Shown here one piece after another: positions 26,791-32,000 of a stretch of 32,000 nucleotides of DNA; the first letter of the stretch is position 1, and each line of letters starts with the position of its first letter. The notes beneath the pieces were generated by a model. It was given only the letters and a program-made list of their open reading frames with translations, ran no database searches and was not told where the DNA came from. The position numbers and the translations under genes were made by a program. Source of the DNA: Planctopirus limnophila DSM 3776 (GTDB lineage Bacteria; Planctomycetota; Planctomycetia; Planctomycetales; Planctomycetaceae); contig NC_014148.1 of the NCBI RefSeq assembly GCF_000092105.1, positions 4,050,001-4,082,000 of the forward strand, read 5' to 3'.

Positions 26791-29700
26791 TTACCGGTTC
26801 GGAGCGGATTCTTTCAGTAGTTGTTTCATTCCTTCGCCGAGTGCTTCACCAATGAGGAAGTAGCTTTCGGCATTGCCGAACCAGTGGTGTCCGTGGGTGG
26901 TGTTGGGGGAGAGTTCGGCTGGGCGTGCGAAGTCGGTGGTTTTGATGAAGAGGGCATTGTTGATTTGCCCGGTCCCCTGCTCCTGCGCTTTTCGGAACTC
27001 GAACATATCGCCGCTGGTGACAGGGCCCCCGTTGCCGAGCTCGCCCACGACGACCGGCAGGTTTGGCGAATCGAATTCTTTACGGAGATCTTTGACGAGG
27101 TTGACGAGATTCTGTGCGTACTCGGCAATCGCTGGCTTTTCGCACATATCGTTCCAGCCCTGTTGCCAGACAAATCCGGCGATTTCGTACTTCTGATCGC
27201 CCAGCTCAGCGAGAGCGGCACGGACTTCTTCGACCATCTTTGTGTAATAAGGCCCGACCTGGCCGCCGGAACTGGGAGGCCTGAAATCGACGAAGAGGCT
27301 TTTGCCGCCCCAGGCGGTTTTGATCAGCAGGACGGGTTCGTCAAGGTAGTCACCCATCACAAAACCAAACCCCAACTCGGGCCCGATGTGGCTGCTGCCG
27401 CCATAGCCGGTATAGCCTATTGTCAGCCCCCCTTTGCGGACCTTATCGTCGACCTTGAAGGAGATCTGCACATCATCGCGGATGACCCATTCGCCCTTTT
27501 CGTTTTTCAGGCGTTTGAGTTTTTCGGCGCTCTGGGAGTGTTTCATCGACCAGACGAGGTTTCCTTTGCCGCCGTTGTAGTCTCTCTTTCCATCCATCGA
27601 GACCACGCCGTGCCCTTCCATGTTGGATTGACCGGCGAGGATGAAGACCTTGAGAGGCTTCGCTTCGGAGTTGGCGGCAATGCGGACAAGTTGCGGGGAT
27701 GCCTGGGAGGCTTTAATCGCAGTGATCGTTTCTCGGACGCACTTGGCCTTCATGCGCATGAGATGCCTGGGAAAGTCTTTTTCGTCCTTCTCGAAGTAGT
27801 TCGCGATTTGAGTCAGTTCCGGAATGACGGCTTTGGCATGGGAACCATAGGTGAGGAGGATCTCCATAAGTTCGGGAGTGCGTTGTTCACTGGCCCAGGG
27901 ATTTTGATCGCGAGTATAGGTGACGAGAGCGTGCATGCCTTCTTCGATGTGGTGCTGCGAGAGGAGGCGCAGACCTTCGACGCGAATTCCATCGGCGAAC
28001 ATTTCACCGCTGGGGGCGGGCTGGATGATGGCCTCGTAGATGGCAGGGAGGAGAGGCTTGATTTCTTCAAGTGAGAGGTGTCGATAGACGGAACCAATGC
28101 TGCCGCGAGCACGACCATCTTCGTTCTTGAGGCCTGCACGCACGGCTTTGTAGAGTGCCGGGCGATCAACACCATCCAGCGAGCGGCCGAGCATGCCGTC
28201 ATCATCAAACAGAGCGAAGGAGAGATATCGCTGCTGCATGCCGCGAGGGTCGTTGATTCGATCGACCTGAGCGAGCAGTTCGAGGAGTTGAGGGACAGCT
28301 TTTGTGGCAGGGGCACCGATGGCAGCCAGTGCTTCAGCCGCTTTGATGCGGAGCCAGAGGTCTGGATGCTGCAAGGTCTTCTGGAGGGTATCGACGGCAG
28401 GTGCTCCGCGTTTGCGGAGGAAGATCAACGCCTGGCAGGCACCATAGCGAGTATCGAGACTTGGAGAGTCGAGCATCTCGATCAAGCGCGTGACGGGAGG
28501 GTTCTTGCGGCGTCCCATAGCCATGGCAGCGCGCTCGCGCACGACGGGCGACCAACTTTCCAGACGCTCAATCAGTTGTTCATCGCTGAGTGAATCGTAG
28601 AAACTTTTGCGATCTTTGTTATCCCAGCCACGCCCATCAACAATCAGCGATTGGGCGGCGGTGGCGTCGAGTTCGGTCACTGTACCCGGCTTTTTTCCAG
28701 TGAGGTAAATCTTCTTTAGCGGCATGGCGTAGGCCAGCAGATAGCTGCCCGTGCTATCCCAATCTGCGTAGCTATCGCTTCCCGGTTCGGGCGGGCCTTG
28801 ATGCAGGTAGCTGTGATCCCAGCGGCGTGCGAGGTCGAAGTACCAGTTTCCATATTCCTTCATCCAGGCACCAGTCGCGTTTGGTCCGGCTTGAGCAACG
28901 CCGGGCATGGCCCAGAGGATGTTGAAGAAGTTGCCCGTATGTCCGCAATCACGCTCCGGTCCGTGGGAGGCAAGGCTCATGTGCGAGAAGAACTCGGCCC
29001 CTTTGGATTCCCCCAGTATGTTAAATAAGACGGCGGCCATACCGCATTTGCCGTTATCCTCGTGAGTCTCAATCCAGGGATGATGGTCGCCATAGGGAAT
29101 GGCACCTTTGCCGACATAAAAGCGGAGCAGTTTCATACTGCGCTCAATCGCGAGATCGAGAGCAGGATCTTTGACGCCTGCCTCGCGAGCCAACACCAGT
29201 GAGATTGTCAGCGGCAGACCGGGAGAGTTCATCATGCCATAGCCGCCGAGACGACCATCGGGCTTAGCGAAACCATGACCCCATGAGCCGACCGCACTTT
29301 GCCCCTGGGCGGCTTCGAGTGCGAGTCGCTTTAAGTCAGGCATCACGGAATCATCGCCCGTGGCGATCTTGTATTCTGCAAGGAACATCGTGACGTAGCC
29401 GTAATACCAGGTCGCCATGCCTTCGTTGCGGTAGCTGGCGGCCCACTGGGCTTCTTTCTGAATGAGTGGCAGGAAGCTTGGGTCTCCGCTGGCCAACAGA
29501 GCGAGGGCATTGAGTGATCGGGGAATGGGATCGAGATGCTGAGCATAATCGGGAGTGGCCATCCGCCGGGCGAGTTCGCTGCAACCTTGTTCAAGAATGA
29601 GCTTCGATTTCGGGCAATTGTAGGGAGCGGTCGCGCTGTAGGTTCCGAGGATGGGGAGCTGGACCACAACCTCGTCTGTGCGACCATTGCGTGAACGGGT

Positions 29701-30024
29701 GAGAGTCAGGTGGCCCTGGCCGGCTTCAGATTCTGCCAGAGTGAGTGCTTGGCCCATTTCGGTGCGTGGGTCATGGGAAAACGGCTTGCTGCCGACGCCG
29801 AGAATCACGTCGCCAACTTGGAGAACACCTTCAGCGGGAGACCCTTTCTCCACTTTGGTGATCCTGATCTCGCGGGCATCGGAAGTGACCAGTTTGTCAC
29901 AACGGATCCAGCCGCGGAGGCCCGTGGCACCGAGATTCCAGTCATGCTTTTGGTCGGCAGCCACGCACGAGCCAGCCACTGCAAATAAGACCGTGAGCAC
30001 GAGGACATTAAGTCTGATTTGCAT
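26791..30024 (-). CDS. secreted multidomain protein: PDZ domain, large helical middle region, HEAT/PBS-lyase-like repeats, C-terminal sialate O-acetylesterase-like (GQSNM) domain
   Basis: Signal peptide MQIRLNVLVLTVLFAVAGSCVAA. PDZ-like ITKVEKGSPAEGVLQVGDVILGV. HEAT-like repeats SPVVRERAAMAMGR / LDTRYGACQALIFL / DLWLRIKAAEALAAIGAPA. C-terminal esterase blocks VFILAGQSNMEGHG, IKTAWGGKSL and FVWQQGWND. Confidence 0.8.
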   Translation of the reverse strand: MQIRLNVLVLTVLFAVAGSCVAADQKHDWNLGATGLRGWIRCDKLVTSDAREIRITKVEKGSPAEGVLQVGDVILGVGSKPFSHDPRTEMGQALTLAESEAGQGHLTLTRSRNGRTDEVVVQLPILGTYSATAPYNCPKSKLILEQGCSELARRMATPDYAQHLDPIPRSLNALALLASGDPSFLPLIQKEAQWAASYRNEGMATWYYGYVTMFLAEYKIATGDDSVMPDLKRLALEAAQGQSAVGSWGHGFAKPDGRLGGYGMMNSPGLPLTISLVLAREAGVKDPALDLAIERSMKLLRFYVGKGAIPYGDHHPWIETHEDNGKCGMAAVLFNILGESKGAEFFSHMSLASHGPERDCGHTGNFFNILWAMPGVAQAGPNATGAWMKEYGNWYFDLARRWDHSYLHQGPPEPGSDSYADWDSTGSYLLAYAMPLKKIYLTGKKPGTVTELDATAAQSLIVDGRGWDNKDRKSFYDSLSDEQLIERLESWSPVVRERAAMAMGRRKNPPVTRLIEMLDSPSLDTRYGACQALIFLRKRGAPAVDTLQKTLQHPDLWLRIKAAEALAAIGAPATKAVPQLLELLAQVDRINDPRGMQQRYLSFALFDDDGMLGRSLDGVDRPALYKAVRAGLKNEDGRARGSIGSVYRHLSLEEIKPLLPAIYEAIIQPAPSGEMFADGIRVEGLRLLSQHHIEEGMHALVTYTRDQNPWASEQRTPELMEILLTYGSHAKAVIPELTQIANYFEKDEKDFPRHLMRMKAKCVRETITAIKASQASPQLVRIAANSEAKPLKVFILAGQSNMEGHGVVSMDGKRDYNGGKGNLVWSMKHSQSAEKLKRLKNEKGEWVIRDDVQISFKVDDKVRKGGLTIGYTGYGGSSHIGPELGFGFVMGDYLDEPVLLIKTAWGGKSLFVDFRPPSSGGQVGPYYTKMVEEVRAALAELGDQKYEIAGFVWQQGWNDMCEKPAIAEYAQNLVNLVKDLRKEFDSPNLPVVVGELGNGGPVTSGDMFEFRKAQEQGTGQINNALFIKTTDFARPAELSPNTTHGHHWFGNAESYFLIGEALGEGMKQLLKESAPNR

Positions 30025-30340
30025 GCTGATGACTTTTTAATAAGTGGGGAAAGTCGATTCTGGCTGCCAATTCAACGAAGCCCACAGGGGCCGGGATTCA
30101 ATCGATCATGCCGCAGTTTGACGAACTGACTTGCAGTACAAACTGTAATTGTACGCAACAACAGGATGGGTTACGCCAGAAATCGGGGAAATCTGCAACA
30201 GCTTGGCCTGTGGAACAATTTCGACGAGTGATTTGGCAGGAGTCGTGTCCAGCGACAGGCCGATGCCTGCGTTCGCATCCAAGGCGACACGACATGCCTG
30301 TTGAAGATGATTGCTCAAGATGAGGTCGGTGCTGGGACGG

Positions 30341-30378
30341 AAAAACCGCCTCTTGAGAGTGGTGAAGTCTCAAGAGGC
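30341..30378 (-). terminator. Rho-independent terminator on the minus strand with no obvious upstream gene
   Basis: On the minus strand: gcctcttgaga (stem) cttcaccac (loop) tctcaagaggc (stem), then ggTTTTT. The stem is 11 bp and perfect (30348-30358 / 30368-30378). On the plus strand it is followed by a weaker T-rich run (tatatttatt). Confidence 0.55.
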
Positions 30379-30545
30379 CTCGCTATATTTATTGGCACAC
30401 ATCATTCTTTTCACCAATCCAGCAGAAGACGAGTGTTTAATCTGCGACGAGGACGTGGTGGGGAGAAGTATACAAATCGATTAAAAATTAAGGCTTAAGT
30501 TTATTCTCCTCTTAACCTAATTCTTGTTTGAAGCACGGTGCGGCG

Positions 30546-31472
30546 ATGGTTGGTGATTCCCATGCCTGGAAAGAAAAAGAGTGGGAGCGGTATGCAAACG
30601 AGCTTGTCTCGATAGATCACGGTTTGCGTGGAGGATCGTACCAGAGAATTCCGGACCGAAATGGTGACTGCGGATTGGAAGGCGTCGCGGATAGCGGCGA
30701 CGGATACCAGTCATACGCGGATCAAGGCACCGCAGATGCCGACGAGAGAATTCAAAAACAGAAGAACAAGATCTACATAGATCTCAAGAAGCTGGAGACC
30801 TACAAAGACTTTTGGACCGCTTACTTCGAGGATCGGAAGCTCACACGCTGGACGTTGCTAGTTCCCAAGTTTGAAGACAAGGACGTTTTGAAATACGCGA
30901 AGAAGCGAGCGAAGGAAACCCGGAAGCTCAACCTGCCATTTATCGACGACAATTTCGACGTGTATGTGAAGTCGATCGAGGATTTTCCTGCTGCGACATT
31001 GATTGTCCGTGATCCTCGTTTGCCAAGGGGCGACGGAAAGCCGGTCTCTGCCAACAAGGTCATCGAATTCAAAATGCAGGAACCCCACTTTGTACAGATG
31101 ATTGATAAAAAACTGAAGAAAGCGATGCCTCACGCAACCGATACAGAGCGGGAGGCTTATCGGGAAAAGCTTCTCAACTGGCACCTTCGCTCTGATAATT
31201 ACCAGAAGGGCCTCGAACGCCTGTATCCTCCGCAGTGGGAAGACTTGCAGGAGCTGATATCAACGACAGGGGAATCAATTGAGTCGGAAGGACCTTTGGA
31301 CTCCCGAATGCCGGGAACGAGATTGAATGAGACTCGTAAGGAATTCGCAAAAACGCTTGAACAAGAAATGCCATTTATCTTTCAAGCAGATCGTGACATT
31401 GTCTCTTGGGGAACCATCGCACTCTGGTTAGGGATTTGCCCCTTGGATTTTCCGGAGAACGGAAATGACTGA
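30546..31472 (+). CDS. hypothetical protein, first gene of an overlapping operon (candidate effector/sensor of a defence-type system)
   Basis: Long ORF (TTG 30528 or ATG 30546) preceded by a 150-bp AT-rich region. The N-terminal segment YQRIPDRNGDCGLEGVADSGDGYQSY loosely recalls the GD.GIDG ... Q.K core of Mrr-type PD-(D/E)xK nucleases, but the Lys position is not conserved. The rest is Lys/Glu-rich and helical. No family confidently recognised. Confidence 0.6.
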   Translation: MVGDSHAWKEKEWERYANELVSIDHGLRGGSYQRIPDRNGDCGLEGVADSGDGYQSYADQGTADADERIQKQKNKIYIDLKKLETYKDFWTAYFEDRKLTRWTLLVPKFEDKDVLKYAKKRAKETRKLNLPFIDDNFDVYVKSIEDFPAATLIVRDPRLPRGDGKPVSANKVIEFKMQEPHFVQMIDKKLKKAMPHATDTEREAYREKLLNWHLRSDNYQKGLERLYPPQWEDLQELISTTGESIESEGPLDSRMPGTRLNETRKEFAKTLEQEMPFIFQADRDIVSWGTIALWLGICPLDFPENGND

Positions 31473-31983
31473 ACTTACTCTGGAAAACGCACTTGATGTA
31501 CCCTTCACGTTTTTCCGTCGGCCGACGCCCATGCCGTGCGATGTGCGACCCGTGTGGCGGATGCACGTCCTCGTTCTGCTCCTGAATCAATGCCGTGGCG
31601 CGAAGGCTGGTTTTGAGCAAATTCACGTACTCAATTGGGCGATCCGATCACCAGAAACGCGAAGGGCCTTCCTGCAATTCATCCAAGGCAAGCGGGCACC
31701 GAACGATATCATTGTTCGATACGATCCGAGCCTCAATCGAGCAGTGCGTTTCGCATTCGCTGAAGGTCTTGTTGTCCATCACGAGACGGAGCCGAGCCTA
31801 ATCGAAGACGAAGATGAAAAACGCGCTCCTGCATACCGCGTCATCTTGACAGAAAAAGGCCACAAGCTCGTCGCTGAAATCAAGAAGATGGATGACTGCT
31901 TTACCACTGAAAAGCAGTTTTTGCAGGAAATCGGAGCAAAGATAAGCCAGAAGCAAGTCAAATCGCTTTTCACCTGGAGTTGA
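31465..31983 (+). CDS. hypothetical small protein (172 aa), possible winged-helix 'middle component'
   Basis: The ATG overlaps the upstream gene by 8 nt (31465 vs stop 31472). The segment YRVILTEKGHKLVAEIKK resembles the wing/recognition region of MarR-like wHTH proteins. An acidic linker EDEDEK is present. No family confidently recognised. Confidence 0.6.
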   Translation: MTELTLENALDVPFTFFRRPTPMPCDVRPVWRMHVLVLLLNQCRGAKAGFEQIHVLNWAIRSPETRRAFLQFIQGKRAPNDIIVRYDPSLNRAVRFAFAEGLVVHHETEPSLIEDEDEKRAPAYRVILTEKGHKLVAEIKKMDDCFTTEKQFLQEIGAKISQKQVKSLFTWS

Positions 31984-31984
31984 T

Positions 31985-32000
31985 ATGGGCCTGCGAATCA
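31985..32000 (+). CDS. 5' end of a third co-oriented gene (truncated by window edge)
   Basis: ATG at 31985 lies 1 nt after the TGA of the previous gene (TGAtATGGGCCTGCGAATCA, MGLRI...). Only 5 codons are visible. Confidence 0.3.

Noticed and set aside
26821-28074. 417-aa plus-strand ORF
   Set aside because: It is entirely antisense to the well-supported 1077-aa esterase gene. Its composition is low-complexity (Gly/Asp/Phe/Val-rich) with no motifs, as expected for a shadow ORF.
30106-30318. 70-aa minus-strand ORF (MSNHLQQACRVALDANAGIGLSLDTT...) between the esterase gene and the terminator
   Set aside because: Its composition is fairly protein-like, but it has no recognisable family or RBS and overlaps two other equally long ORFs in other frames. 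There is not enough evidence to call it a gene.

Overview
The window looks like a chromosomal segment from a Planctomycetota-type genome. The pointers are long intergenic regions, weak Shine-Dalgarno signals, a Gly/Pro/Gln/Tyr-rich beta-barrel outer-membrane protein, a DUF1571-like protein and a giant PDZ/HEAT/esterase secreted protein. This taxonomic call is an inference.

The left 18 kb is mostly housekeeping or envelope genes:
- a PlsC-type acyltransferase and an ExbB-ExbD-ExbD module
- an ATP-dependent DNA ligase and a polyprenyl-phosphate sugar transferase
- a Flp-like pilin-type protein and an outer-membrane barrel
- a serine hydrolase
- a NatA/NatB-like ABC exporter whose permease is fused to a CPBP protease

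The centre (about 18.1-26.4 kb) is the notable part. A stand-alone vWA/MIDAS protein and a WYL-domain regulator precede a tightly coupled operon: cas3 (helicase N-terminal, HD nuclease C-terminal), csb3 (small Cas8u-like), csb1 (Cas7u) and csb2 (Cas5u-Cas6u fusion). This is a type I-G (formerly I-U) style interference module. I could find no cas1, cas2 or cas4 and no CRISPR array anywhere in the 32 kb. Where a leader and array would be expected there is only a 440-bp spacer holding a long imperfect inverted repeat.

After a convergent 1077-aa PDZ-HEAT-acetylesterase gene, the right edge (30.5-32.0 kb) opens a visibly more AT-rich operon. It has two overlapping genes of unknown function, and a third gene starts 1 nt after the second. 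This layout resembles effector / small middle component / ATPase defence operons (ABC-3C or Lamassu style), but the window cuts it off.

I recognised no rRNA, tRNA, transposase or integrase. All family assignments rest on motifs read by eye and remembered family signatures. No searches were run.
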